A stretch of 64,000 bases of DNA from Anaeromyxobacter sp. (GTDB lineage Bacteria > Myxococcota > Myxococcia > Myxococcales > Anaeromyxobacteraceae): the NCBI GenBank assembly GCA_049840735.1, contig JASGJN010000020.1:640001-704000 (forward strand), written 5' to 3'. A model generated the notes under the pieces. The model made no database searches. It had not been told where the DNA came from and saw nothing but the letters and a program-made list of their open reading frames with translations. Below are positions 51,691-64,000 of this stretch, piece by piece. Within the stretch, counting starts at the first letter, position 1; each line of letters begins with the position of its first letter. A program made the position numbers and the translations under genes.

Positions 51691-53785
51691 GGCCCCCTCC
51701 GGCGGCCCAGGTCGGCCTCCAGCGCGTCGCGGAGCTGCGCCAGGAAGGTCCGGACCTCCGGGCCTCGGCGCACCGCCACCTCCGCCGCCCAGCGCAGCGC
51801 CCGCGCCGGCCGGCCCGCCACGCCCGGCTCGTCGGGCGCCGGCGTGAAGTGGCTGAAGCCGTCGGCGTCCACCTGCGGCGGCGGCGAGGCCGTGGCCCCT
51901 GCCGCCGAGCGCGCCAGCGCCTGCACCGCCCGCGCCGCGCTCCGCGCCGCCGCGCCCACCGCGGCCGCCGGTCCGCCGGCCGGCTCCGGCCCCTCGGCGG
52001 CGCGGCCCACCCGCAGGTCCTGCCCCTCGTAGCGGGCCTGGAAGTTGGTGAGCGTCTCGCGGAAGTAGGCCAGGTACTCCCGCCCCACCAGCGGATCCTT
52101 CACCTCCGGCCAGAGCTCCAGCCGCAGCGCCTGCCACGCCGGCGGCAGCGCGAAGGCCTGCCGCGCCAGCACCGTCACCCGCGTGCCGCTCCCCTCGGCG
52201 GCGAAGGTGACGATGCCGTCGTCGTAGCGGGCCGAGCCGTTGTCGCTCGCCACCGTGCGCCAGAAGATCCGCTGCTCGCGCTCGCCGTACTGAATCCGCT
52301 CCAGCTTGCCCACGTCGATGGGCTGGCCGCCGGAGAGGACCAGCCAGTTGGGCTGGGGCAGGTAGCGGGTCCGCTCCGCCTGGTGGATGATTCGCCCGGC
52401 CTCGTCGCGCGCCACCGCCACGCTGCGGCCGCCCATGTAGTCCTTCATGCACTGCACGGCCCGGGCGATGTCCACCCGGGCCGTGAAGGCCTCGAACGGC
52501 ACCGGCACCACCTGTCCGTACTCGAAGAGCACCGAGCCCTCCAGATACCGCCAGCGCAGCCCGCCCTCGTCCGGCGGAGTGGCCCGGATCAGCGCCTCCA
52601 GCGGCAGCAGGTAGCCCGGGACGGCCTCGTAGTCCTCCGGACCGTAGGCCGCCAGGTCCAGCGCCAGCGGCACCTCCTCGCGCGGCAGCGCCTCCTTGTC
52701 GGCCAGGGTCCGCCAGGCCGAGCGCCCTTGCCCGACCGCCGCGACAGCGTGGTTGACCCAGGCCAGCGCGGCGCCCGCCAGCGCGCTGCCGTCGGCAGCC
52801 GCCGCCAGCCGATCACCGGCCCGCTGCGCCAGCGCTGCCAGCGGCCCGGCCAGCGCCGCCGTGTCCCCGGCGTCCCGCCGCGCCCGGAAGGACTCGGCCA
52901 GCCAGGGGTGGACCGGCCGGAAGCCCGCGAAGGGCGAGAGGTCGCCCACCAGCTCGCGCCGCCCCGGGAGCCCCTCAGCCGCCAGGGCGCGCGCGCTGAG
53001 CCGCGAGACCTGCGGGTCCAGCCCCATCTTCACCGCGGCCACCCAGTCCACCAGCAGCAGGTCCCGCCCGGCGATGAGCGTGCGCGTGGGCAGGAGCCGC
53101 TCCGGCGAGGCCACCAGGCCATCCGCCGAGGTCCAGGCGTCCACCACCGTGAACCCCACCGGCGTGTGGCGCAGCAGCTCCAGGCACTGATCCCAGGGCC
53201 TCTGGCGCTGCCGGTCGTGCCGGTGGCCTTGCTGCGGCAGCGCCGCCAGCAGCCCGTGCAGCGCCAGCGCGTAGCCCTCCTCGTCGTGCGTGCGCGCCTT
53301 GGGGAAGGCGATGCGCAGGTCGGCCTCGAGCCAGGCGCGGGCGAGGAGGCTCCCCTCGAGCACACAGCCTGGTGGGAAGGGCGCGGGGAGGAGGTCCTCG
53401 GAGAGATCCACCAGGTCGTAACGGAACCCGTCGGGCGTCTCCCCGATCAGCCCGGCCCGCGCCGCGCGCGCCGCGAACCCACCCTCGGCCGCGCCGGCCA
53501 GCGCCACGCCGGTGAACCCGCGCTGCCCCAGCCCGTCCACCAGCGCCTCCAGCAGCGCCGGATTCGGCTCCCGACGCCGTCCCGCTCCAGGGTGGAGAGG
53601 TCCGGCAGGATCAGGATGTGCAGCGCCTGCGGCGGCGCGCCGGAGCGATCCAGCAGCGCGAGCAGCGCCTCCCCCAGGCCACCCCGCCCCACCGCGGCGC
53701 CCAGCGCCGCCGGCCCGTCCGCGCCTGTCGCGATCGCCACCCGCCCCGGGCGCTCCCCGGCGCCCTCCCCGCCCTCTCGCCGCAT
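51687..53785 (-). CDS. DUF362-like protein with START/SRPBCC-like C-terminal domain; frameshift near 53562
   Basis: ILILPDL...PALLEALVD; ADLRIAFPKARTH, GRDLLLVDWVAAVKMGLDP; C-terminal IFWRTVASDNGSARYDDGIVTF. Domain names are by resemblance only. Confidence 0.6.
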
Positions 53786-53937
53786 GGTGCTCGCCTCCGA
53801 TCCGCTCGCGGCGAACCCGCGAGCGATCGGCCGGGCTTCCGGCCGCTCGATCCCCTGCTACTTACTCCCAGTGGATCGAACGGCTGCCGCCCGGAGGGAG
53901 CGCCGCGTTGGCGGGGCGCCGCCAGGGCTGCGGCGGA

Positions 53938-55218
53938 TCAGCGCCGCTTCTTCTTGATGCTGATGTCGGCCAGCACGGCGAGGATCAGCACCACGCCCTT
54001 GATGCCGTACTGGACGTTCGAGTTCACGTCCATCATCTGCAGGCCGGTGCCGAGCGACTGCATGATGAGCGCGCCCACCACCGCGCCGAAGACGGTGCCC
54101 TCGCCGCCCAGCGTGGAGGTGCCGCCCAGGATGCAGCTGGCGATGACGTCCAGCTCGTAGCCGCCACCTGCGCCGGTGGTGCCGGAGCCCACGTAGGCGG
54201 CCAGCGCCACGCCGGAGACGCCCATGAGCGCCCCCATGGTCACGTAGACCCGGAAGATCGACGAGCGGATGTCGATGCCGGACAGGCGGGCCGCCTCCCG
54301 GTTGCCGCCGATCGCGTAGGCGTAGCGGCCGAAGCGCGTGTTGGTGGAGATGTAGCTCATGAGCAGCACGACCACGCCCAGGATCAGCACCAGCACCGGG
54401 ACGCCGCGCAGGCCGGGCATCGCGTCGGCCTCGAACACGCGGTTGACGATGAGCACGTAGACGAAGACCAGGACCGAGAAGATGCCCGCCCTGACCAGCG
54501 CGCCGGGGAGCGATCCCAGCGCCACGCCGTACTTGGCCTTGCGCGCGCGGGCCGTGAAGACCCGCACGAACAGCGCCGCCGCGACCACCACGGCCAGCAG
54601 GTAGCCGACCCAGGGCGGCAGCAGCCCCTGCGCGAGGTACTTGAACGTGTCGTTGGACGAGATGAAGAGCGACTTGCCCTGCGTGACCAGCAGGATGCCG
54701 GACTTGAAGATGTACATCCCGCCCAGCGTGACGATGAAGGGCGGAACGGCGAGGCGGGCGATGATGTACCCCTGGTAGACGCCGAGCAGCACCCCCAGCG
54801 CGACGCCGATCACCGTCACCACGGTCGCGACCACCACGACCTGCGCCCCCTCGGAGGCGTTGGGCATGAGCGCCAGGACCCACCCGTCCACCACGCCGTG
54901 GTAGAGGAGCGCGGCCGTCACCACCGAGACGAAGCCGGCGCCGTAGCCGACCGAGAGGTCGATGCCGCCGGTGACGATCACGAAGACCATCCCGCAGGCC
55001 ATGATCCCGATGATGGCCATCTGGGGCAGCGTGTTCTGGATGTTGCTGGCGCTGGTATAGGCCGGCGCCGCGATCCCGAAGCCGATCCAGATCAGCACCA
55101 GCGCCATCACCAGGATGTACGACTGGAGGTCACGGGTCATGGCCCCGACCAGCGCCCCCAGCCGCCCCGCGCGCTGCACCCCTGCCCCGTCCGCCTTGAG
55201 GTCTGTCGTGTTGAGCAT
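53938..55218 (-). CDS. xylH: Monosaccharide ABC permease (XylH/GguB type)
   Basis: GGIDLSVG, VPPFIVTLGG, TRFGRYAYAIGGN.EAARLSGI, YELDVIA. Confidence 0.8.
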   Translation of the reverse strand: MLNTTDLKADGAGVQRAGRLGALVGAMTRDLQSYILVMALVLIWIGFGIAAPAYTSASNIQNTLPQMAIIGIMACGMVFVIVTGGIDLSVGYGAGFVSVVTAALLYHGVVDGWVLALMPNASEGAQVVVVATVVTVIGVALGVLLGVYQGYIIARLAVPPFIVTLGGMYIFKSGILLVTQGKSLFISSNDTFKYLAQGLLPPWVGYLLAVVVAAALFVRVFTARARKAKYGVALGSLPGALVRAGIFSVLVFVYVLIVNRVFEADAMPGLRGVPVLVLILGVVVLLMSYISTNTRFGRYAYAIGGNREAARLSGIDIRSSIFRVYVTMGALMGVSGVALAAYVGSGTTGAGGGYELDVIASCILGGTSTLGGEGTVFGAVVGALIMQSLGTGLQMMDVNSNVQYGIKGVVLILAVLADISIKKKRR

Positions 55219-55229
55219 GCCGCGCTTTC

Positions 55230-56762
55230 CTATGCGACCTCGACGCCTGTCGCCCTGGCCATGATGCGCTCCTGGTTCGCCCCCTGGATCTCGAGGATCC
55301 CGTTGGAGCGCCCCTCCCACATCACCAGCACCCGATCGCTCATGCCCAGCACCTCCTCCAGCTCGGAGGAGATCATGATGATGGAGAACCCGCTCTCCGC
55401 CAGCTGGTTCATGAGCTTGTAGATCTCGTACTTCGCGCCCACGTCGATGCCGCGCGTCGGATCGTCGAGGATCAGGATGCGCGGCTCGGACATGAGCCAC
55501 TTGGAGATGACGACCTTCTGCTGGTTGCCGCCGGAGAGCGACTCGACCGGCACCTGCACGGTGGGCGCCTTGATGGAGAGGCTGGTCCAGTACTTGAGCA
55601 CCGCCGCCAGCTCCCCGTCCGCGTCGATGCGCATGAAGCCGGAGAAGCGGTCCAGGTTGGGCAGGCTCATGTTCTGCAGGATGGACTGGCGCAGCACCAG
55701 CCCGCCCGTCTTGCGGTCCTCCGGCACCAGCCCGATCCCCTGGCGCATGGCCTGGCGCGCGCTCCGGATCTCCACGCGCTTGCCGTCCAGCTCGACGGCC
55801 CCCTTCGTCACGTGCCCCAGCTCGCCGAAGAGGGTGGTGACGAGCTCGGTCCGGCCCGAGCCCATCAACCCGGCGATGCCGAGGATCTCTCCCCGGCGCA
55901 GCTCGAAGCTGACGCCCTTGAGCACCTCGCGCCTGGGGTTCAGCGGATCCACGGCGTGCAGGTCGCGGACGCGCAACAGCACCTCGCCCGGGCGCCGGTT
56001 GCCCTTGGGGAAGCGCTCCTTCATCTCGCGCCCCACCATCAGGCTCACCAGCTTCTCCACCGTGAGCCCGCTGGTGGGCTGGGTGGTGACCAGCCGCCCG
56101 TCGCGCATCACCGAGACGGTGTCGGTGGTCCGGAAGAACTCGTCCAGCTTGTGCGTGATGTAGAGGCAGGTGACGCCCTGCTTCCGGAGCTCCTGGAGGA
56201 TCTCCATCAGCTTGTCCACCTCGGCCTCGGACAGCGCGGAGGTGGGCTCGTCCAGGATCAGGACCTTGGCCTCCTCCGAGAGCGCCTTGGCGATCTCGGT
56301 CATCTGCTTCTGCCCGACGCCCAGGTTCTCGACCACGTCGAACGGGGAGATGGGCAGCTTGTAGCGGGCCAGCAGGGCCGCCGTGTCGGCGTAGAGCTTG
56401 TCCCAGTCGATGCCCGGGCCGCGGCGCGGCTCCTTGCCCAGGAAGATGTTCTCGCCCACCGTCAGCTTCGGCACCAGGGTCAGCTCCTGGTAGACGATGG
56501 CGATCCCCTCCTCGATGGCCTGGCGGATGGCGTGCTCGCCCAGCCGCAGCTCGCGCCCGTCGTAGGTGATCGTCCCCTCGTACGTTCCGTGCGGGTAGAC
56601 GCCGCACAGGATCTTCATGAGGGTGGACTTGCCGGCGCCGTTCTCGCCGCAGAGGCCGTGGATCTCGCCGCGCCTCACGCGGATGGAGACGTCGCTCAGC
56701 GCGGTGACGCCCGGGAACTTCTTGGTGACGCGGGAGATGTCGAGGAGGACGTCGGAAGCCAC
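55230..56762 (-). CDS. xylG: Monosaccharide ABC ATPase (XylG type)
   Basis: GENGAGKSTLMKILCGVYPHGTYEG; second NBD LSGGNQQK, DDPTRGIDVGAK. Confidence 0.85.
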   Translation of the reverse strand: MASDVLLDISRVTKKFPGVTALSDVSIRVRRGEIHGLCGENGAGKSTLMKILCGVYPHGTYEGTITYDGRELRLGEHAIRQAIEEGIAIVYQELTLVPKLTVGENIFLGKEPRRGPGIDWDKLYADTAALLARYKLPISPFDVVENLGVGQKQMTEIAKALSEEAKVLILDEPTSALSEAEVDKLMEILQELRKQGVTCLYITHKLDEFFRTTDTVSVMRDGRLVTTQPTSGLTVEKLVSLMVGREMKERFPKGNRRPGEVLLRVRDLHAVDPLNPRREVLKGVSFELRRGEILGIAGLMGSGRTELVTTLFGELGHVTKGAVELDGKRVEIRSARQAMRQGIGLVPEDRKTGGLVLRQSILQNMSLPNLDRFSGFMRIDADGELAAVLKYWTSLSIKAPTVQVPVESLSGGNQQKVVISKWLMSEPRILILDDPTRGIDVGAKYEIYKLMNQLAESGFSIIMISSELEEVLGMSDRVLVMWEGRSNGILEIQGANQERIMARATGVEVA

Positions 56763-56784
56763 GCGCGCTCCTGGGGAGGGGGAC

Positions 56785-56813
56785 GGCCCGGCCCCTCGCT
56801 GCGGGGCCGGGCC
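56785..56813. other. Intercistronic stem-loop after the binding-protein gene
   Basis: GGCCCGGCCCC-TCGCTGC-GGGGCCGGGCC; no U-tract, likely mRNA stabiliser (inference). Confidence 0.55.
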
Positions 56814-56827
56814 TGGTTCAGCTCAGC

Positions 56828-57874
56828 TTACATCGGCGGGGCGTTCGGGACGTCCTTGTAGACGCCCTGGTACGGCTGGAAGCCGGAGTCCACCACCAGC
56901 TTCTTGAGGTTCTCCTTGGTGACCTGGAAGACCTGCAGGAACTTGCACTGCACGTCGCCCTTCATCGCCTTGTTGCCGGTCAGCTCGGCCAGCTTGAACG
57001 GCTTGAGGCCGAGGTTGGTGTCACCCTTGGCCAGCTTGGCGGCCAGCTCGGTGGCCAGCGGGGTCAGCTGGCGGGTGTCCTTCAGGATCGTGACGGTCAG
57101 CTCGCCGCGGGCGATGGAGTTGCAGCCCGCCTCGGTGGCGTCCTGGCCGGAGATGGGGGTCTTACCGGCCATGCCGACCGTCTTCATCGCCTCGAGGGCG
57201 CCCAGCGCGGTGCCGTCGTTGGAGGCGACCACGGCGTCGAACTTCTTGCCGGTGGCGGTCAGGATGTTCTCCATGACCTTCTTGGCGTTGGCCGGGTCCC
57301 AGTTCTCGACCCACTGATCGGCGACGATCTTGATCTTGCCGGAGTCGATGAGGGGCTTGAGGACCTCCATCTGGCCGGCGCGGAACAGGTGGGCGTTGTT
57401 GTCCGTCGGGCTGCCGCCCAGCAGGACGAAGTTGCCCGAGTTCTTCACCGCCAGCACGCCCTTGGCCTGGTTGCGGCCCACGTCGACGTTGTCGAAGGAG
57501 ACGTAGGCCGCGATCTTGCTGGTCTTGATCAGGCGGTCGTAGGCGATCACCTTCACGCCGCGGGCCGCGGCCTGCTCGACGGCCGTGGCGGCCGCGTCGC
57601 CGTCCTCGGCCACCACGATGATGACCTTGGCGCCCTGGGTGACCATGTTCATGATCTGGTCGTTCTGGAGCTTCGCGTCGTGGTTCGCCTCCTGCGAGAT
57701 CACGTCGAAGCCTGCGGCGGACAAGAGCTTCGTCATCTCGTCGCGCTCACGCGGCCAGCGCTCCGTCGCGAAGTCGGAGAAGGACAGGCCGATCTTGTCC
57801 TTCGCCGCCGCGATGCCCGGTGCCACCAACGCGATCATCGTGATCGCGAACGAAAGGAGAGTGGTCCTCTTCAC
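56828..57874 (-). CDS. xylF: Monosaccharide ABC substrate-binding protein (XylF/ChvE type)
   Basis: TERW, IAYDRLI, SFDN, GSPTDNNA, ASNDGTA, SGQDA. Confidence 0.8.
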   Translation of the reverse strand: MKRTTLLSFAITMIALVAPGIAAAKDKIGLSFSDFATERWPRERDEMTKLLSAAGFDVISQEANHDAKLQNDQIMNMVTQGAKVIIVVAEDGDAAATAVEQAAARGVKVIAYDRLIKTSKIAAYVSFDNVDVGRNQAKGVLAVKNSGNFVLLGGSPTDNNAHLFRAGQMEVLKPLIDSGKIKIVADQWVENWDPANAKKVMENILTATGKKFDAVVASNDGTALGALEAMKTVGMAGKTPISGQDATEAGCNSIARGELTVTILKDTRQLTPLATELAAKLAKGDTNLGLKPFKLAELTGNKAMKGDVQCKFLQVFQVTKENLKKLVVDSGFQPYQGVYKDVPNAPPM

Positions 57875-58147
57875 GAGTTACCTCCTGGTGAGATTGCAGC
57901 CGTGACTTGGGGTGAAGCGAGCAGCACGCATCCCCGGTTGAATCGGAGGCTCGCAGACATCCCCGCGCGGCCTTCGATTGCCGCGAAGCATAGACCCGCA
58001 CCGGCCCGCCGTGGAGGCGGAGGTGTCCCTCCGCGGCGGTCAACCCTTCAGGGGCTCCGGCGGCTGGTTCGCCCCGGAATCCGGCCGTCTGGCGCGCGGG
58101 AGGGTCCCGTCGATCGCGCCCTCCCGGGAAATCGTAAGGAATCTGGA

Positions 58148-59674
58148 CTAATTCGGCTCCGCGCCCGCCGCCGGGTCCAGCCCGACCGGCGCCCGGAGCT
58201 CGCCGGCCGCCTCGAGGCCGGGCCCGACCGGGAGCAGGACCGTGAAGGTGGTCCCCTGCCCCGCCGCGCTCGCCACCTGCACGTAGCCGCCGCCCTGGCG
58301 GACGATCCCGTAGGCCGTGGAGAGGCCGAGCCCGGAGCCGTTGCCGCCCGGCTTGGTGGTGAAGAAGGGCTCGAAGAGGTGGGCCTGCACCTGCTCGTCC
58401 ATCCCGCAGCCGTCGTCCCGCACCTCGACGGCCACGTACGCACCCGGCGGCGCCAGGTCGGGGCCGCAGGGCGTCGGGGCGGCCAGCACCCGCTCGCGCA
58501 CCGCCAGCACCACCGTGCCGGCCTCGCCGATCGCGTCGCGCGCGTTCAGCCCCAGGTTCATGATCACGTGGCCGAGCTGGTCCGGGTCGGCCAGGGCCTG
58601 CCGGCTCCCCTCCGCCTCCACCCGGAGCACGGCCCCCGCCTTGAAGGTCCTGCGCAGGAGCCCGGCCGTCTCGCGCACCAGCGCCGGGGCGTCCACGCGG
58701 CGCAGGGTCGCCGGCTGCTTGCGCGCGAAGGAGAGGAGCTGCCGCGACAGGCCCAGCGCGCGGCCATAGGCGACCTCGATCTGCTCCGCCGCCTCCCGCT
58801 CGGCGGGCGTCCCGCGGCGCACCTCCGGGAGCCACGCGCCGATCACCGCCAGCAGGTTCTTGAGGTCGTGGACCACGCCGCTGGCCAGCCGGCCCACCGC
58901 CTCCAGCTTCTGCGTCTGGCGGAGCCGGTCCTGCAGCGCCGCCCGCTCGTCGGTGAGCCGGACCACGCGCTCCCGCTCCTCCTCGAGGAACCAGACCACC
59001 ATGGCCAGCCCCAGCGCCGGCGCGGCCAGCGCGCCCAGCAGCGGGGCCGCGTAGAAGAGGAGCGCCGGCGAGCCGCCCCAGACCGCGCGGTAGCCGACCG
59101 CCACCACCACCGACAGCTCGGAGACGCCCATGAGCGCCGTGCCGAGCGCGGTGGCCCAGGGGCCCGGTCCGCGGGCGGGGCGCACCCGCAGGATCCAGCC
59201 GGACGCGGCCAGCAGCGCGCCCCCGGCCAGCAGGCTGCGCAGCGCCACGTTCACCAGCCCGCGCATGGGCGGCGCCACGCCCGGCGCCGCCGTGAGGATC
59301 ACCGGGATGCTCCCCAGCACCGCCAGCCCGCCCAGGGTGAAGCCCCGGGCGCCGCGCCCCAGCGCGCGGCCGGCGCGCAGCTCCCAGGCGCCGATCACCA
59401 CCAGCGCCGCCGCCCAGTGGAGCACCACCGTCCCGGCCATCCAGACCGCCACGCGCTCCCAGTCGTCGCTGGGCAGCTCACCCAGCTGCAGCGCGAGGAA
59501 GCCGCCCGCCTGCGCCCCGGCGTAGCAGATCCACGCCACCGCCCAGGTGCCGACGTGCGGGCGGCGGTAGCGCCGGTGCAGATCGCCCAGCACCGCCGCC
59601 AGCAGCAGGCTGACCGCGAACTTGAGCCCCAGGCCGACCAGGACCAGCGCGGTGGGGACGTTCAGGGTGGCCAT
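58148..59674 (-). CDS. Multi-TM sensor histidine kinase
   Basis: About 7 TM helices; QKLEAVGRLASGVVHDLKN, NARDA, DDGCGM, FEPFFTTK, GSGLGL. Confidence 0.92.
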   Translation of the reverse strand: MATLNVPTALVLVGLGLKFAVSLLLAAVLGDLHRRYRRPHVGTWAVAWICYAGAQAGGFLALQLGELPSDDWERVAVWMAGTVVLHWAAALVVIGAWELRAGRALGRGARGFTLGGLAVLGSIPVILTAAPGVAPPMRGLVNVALRSLLAGGALLAASGWILRVRPARGPGPWATALGTALMGVSELSVVVAVGYRAVWGGSPALLFYAAPLLGALAAPALGLAMVVWFLEEERERVVRLTDERAALQDRLRQTQKLEAVGRLASGVVHDLKNLLAVIGAWLPEVRRGTPAEREAAEQIEVAYGRALGLSRQLLSFARKQPATLRRVDAPALVRETAGLLRRTFKAGAVLRVEAEGSRQALADPDQLGHVIMNLGLNARDAIGEAGTVVLAVRERVLAAPTPCGPDLAPPGAYVAVEVRDDGCGMDEQVQAHLFEPFFTTKPGGNGSGLGLSTAYGIVRQGGGYVQVASAAGQGTTFTVLLPVGPGLEAAGELRAPVGLDPAAGAEPN

Positions 59675-59712
59675 CCCCGGACTCTACACGCACCGTACGT
59701 GGCCGGGCCGCG

Positions 59713-59747
59713 CAAAGAGAAGGGGCAGGCCCGGTGAGGCCTGCCCC
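59713..59747 (-). terminator. Rho-independent terminator
   Basis: Minus strand GGGGCAGGCC-TCACCG-GGCCTGCCCC then TTCTCTTT, just after the BI-1 stop. Confidence 0.65.
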
Positions 59748-59779
59748 CGATGCCGCTCGCGTCAGCGGGTCGAGCGCGC

Positions 59780-60493
59780 TTAGCGCCGATCGCCCAGCAG
59801 CCGGAGGATGGCCAGGAACAGGTTGATGAAGTCCAGGTAGAGCGAGAGCGCGCCGTTCACGGCCAGCGAGGCCGTCCCGTTGCCCGCGCGGGCGAAGGCC
59901 CGGAGCTTCTGCGTGTCGTAGGCGGTGAGGCCGGTGAAGACCACCACCATGGCGCAGGAGACGACGAAGCCCACCATGTCCGAGCGCAGGAAGATGTTCA
60001 CCACGCTGGCGATCACGATCCCGATGAGCCCCATGAACAGGAAGGTGGACCAGCCGGAGAGATCGCGGCGGGTGACCGTCCCGAAGACGCTCATGGCGGC
60101 GAAGGTCCCGCCGGTGATGAAGAAGGCGGAGGCGATCGAGGACTGCGTGTAGACCAGCAGCAGGATGGAGAACGTCACGCCGTTGAGCGCGGCGTAGAGG
60201 GTGAAGAGCCCGCCGGCCACCGGCGCGGAGACCCTGTGCGCGGCGGCCGAGATGGCGAAGACCAGCGCCATCTGGGCGATGAACAGCCCGATCATGAGCG
60301 GGCGGGCCCACGGCTGTGCCCAGAGGCTGCTGCCGGCCACCGCGTAGGCGACCAGGCCGGTGACCACCATCCCGACCGTCATCCAGCCGTAGACGGCGTT
60401 CATGAAGCGGCGCTCGACGTCGCTCGCGCCCTGGACGATGACCTGGGCCGCGGCGGGACGCTGAGGGAAGCGAGAAGAGGTGTCGAATGGCAT
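59780..60493 (-). CDS. Bax inhibitor-1/YccA family membrane protein
   Basis: [33 protein letters not shown]. Confidence 0.92.
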   Translation of the reverse strand: MPFDTSSRFPQRPAAAQVIVQGASDVERRFMNAVYGWMTVGMVVTGLVAYAVAGSSLWAQPWARPLMIGLFIAQMALVFAISAAAHRVSAPVAGGLFTLYAALNGVTFSILLLVYTQSSIASAFFITGGTFAAMSVFGTVTRRDLSGWSTFLFMGLIGIVIASVVNIFLRSDMVGFVVSCAMVVVFTGLTAYDTQKLRAFARAGNGTASLAVNGALSLYLDFINLFLAILRLLGDRR

Positions 60494-60975
60494 GCGGCGA
60501 TCATAGCCGCGGGTCGGCCCGCCGTCATGCGGCATCGGAACCGCCCCGGGCTCCGAGGATCGACGTGTTTTCCGGGGGTTGCCTCCGGGATGAGGATCCC
60601 GGGGCCTCGGGGAGGCCAGGTTGCCGCACCTGGGACGTGGGCGTGGACGCGGGGACCTGGAGGAGCCACCCCCTTGCGCCCCCCCTGCCCTCGCTGGCCT
60701 GCTCGCCGCCTCCTCGATCGCCCGAGCGCACGAGCCGCCCGACAGACACCGCCCGACCCGGCCGTCGTCCCGGACCAGCTCGAGGCCGGCAAAGCCCGGT
60801 TCCCCAAGGCTCTCCTTCCCCATGTGGCCGTCCGACGCAGTGCCCTCCCAGGGCGCCCATGTGCGGCGGTGCGCCATGCGTGGACGGCCACGGCTTGTGT
60901 AAACTAGCCGGCTCCACTGACCCCGAAGGCACGGCGGCCCACGGCCGACCGACCGAGCGAGCGAGCACGCAACCG

Positions 60976-62376
<1,401 letters not shown>

Positions 62377-62389
62377 GGAGGACGACACC

Positions 62390-62976
62390 ATGGCCCAGTT
62401 CACCACGCTCACCGCCCGCGTCGTCGTCCTCCCGGTCAACGACATCGACACCGACCAGATCATCCCGGCCCGCTTCCTCAAGGTGACCGACAAGGCCGGC
62501 CTCGGCGCCAGCCTCTTCGCCGACTGGCGCTACCAGGCGGACGGCAGCCCCAAGGCGGACTTCGTCCTCAACCAGCCCGCCTCCCAGGGCGCGCAGGTGC
62601 TGCTGGCCGGCGACAACTTCGGCTGCGGCTCCTCCCGCGAGCACGCGCCGTGGGCGCTGACCGGCTTCGGCTTCCGCGCCGTGATCAGCACCTCCTTCGC
62701 CGACATCTTCCGGAACAACGCGCTCAAGAACGGGCTGCTCCCGGTGGCGGTGGACGCCGCCACGCACGCGAAGCTCAAGGCGCAGCTGGCCGCGAAGCCG
62801 GACGCGCAGGTGACGGTGGACCTGGCGTCGCAGACCCTGACGCTGCCGGACGGCAGCACCGCCACCTTCCCGGTGGAGGCCTTCTCCAAGACCTGCCTGC
62901 TCAACGGCGTCGACGAGCTGGGCTACATCCAGCGCTTCGAGGACCGCATCACCGCGTACGAGCAGCGGGCGGCCCG

Positions 62977-62980
<4 letters not shown>
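62390..62980 (+). CDS. leuD: 3-isopropylmalate dehydratase small subunit
   Basis: [38 protein letters not shown]. Confidence 0.96.

Positions 62981-64000
<1,020 letters not shown>

Noticed and set aside
60494..60975. Leader peptide, T-box or riboswitch upstream of leuC
   Set aside because: No Leu/Ile-rich mini-ORF, T-box motif or terminator recognised by eye; an Rfam scan would be needed to exclude it

Overview
Very GC-rich bacterial DNA. Gene content (mqnD, cimA, delta-proteobacterial-type signalling proteins, TTCGACTCC..TACGCTCA repeats) suggests Myxococcota, Anaeromyxobacter-like; this is inference. About 50 genes: mqnD, MFS/RND/ABC/ECF transporters (Ni/Co, molybdate, xylose-type), a 2-hydroxyacyl-CoA dehydratase/benzoyl-CoA reductase-like three-gene module, an isoamylase, an acyl-ACP-reductase-like fusion, an aberrant chemosensory locus and leuCD-cimA. 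No rRNA, tRNA or CRISPR array seen. Most notable: (i) an HNH endonuclease gene between convergent genes, bracketed by a 30-bp direct repeat, with a third related copy and a REP-like hairpin in its long leader; (ii) a structurally conserved REP-like element that seeds two tandem arrays (13 x 111-112 bp and 8 x 38 bp); (iii) two divergent, putatively sigma54-driven CheA derivatives, one truncated to Hpt+dimerisation domains and one catalytically degenerate with an MshEN-like motif; (iv) about 13 apparent frameshifts, mostly at GATC or GAGACC/GGTCTC, probably modification-linked long-read errors rather than pseudogenes. All calls come from reading motifs by eye; no searches were run.
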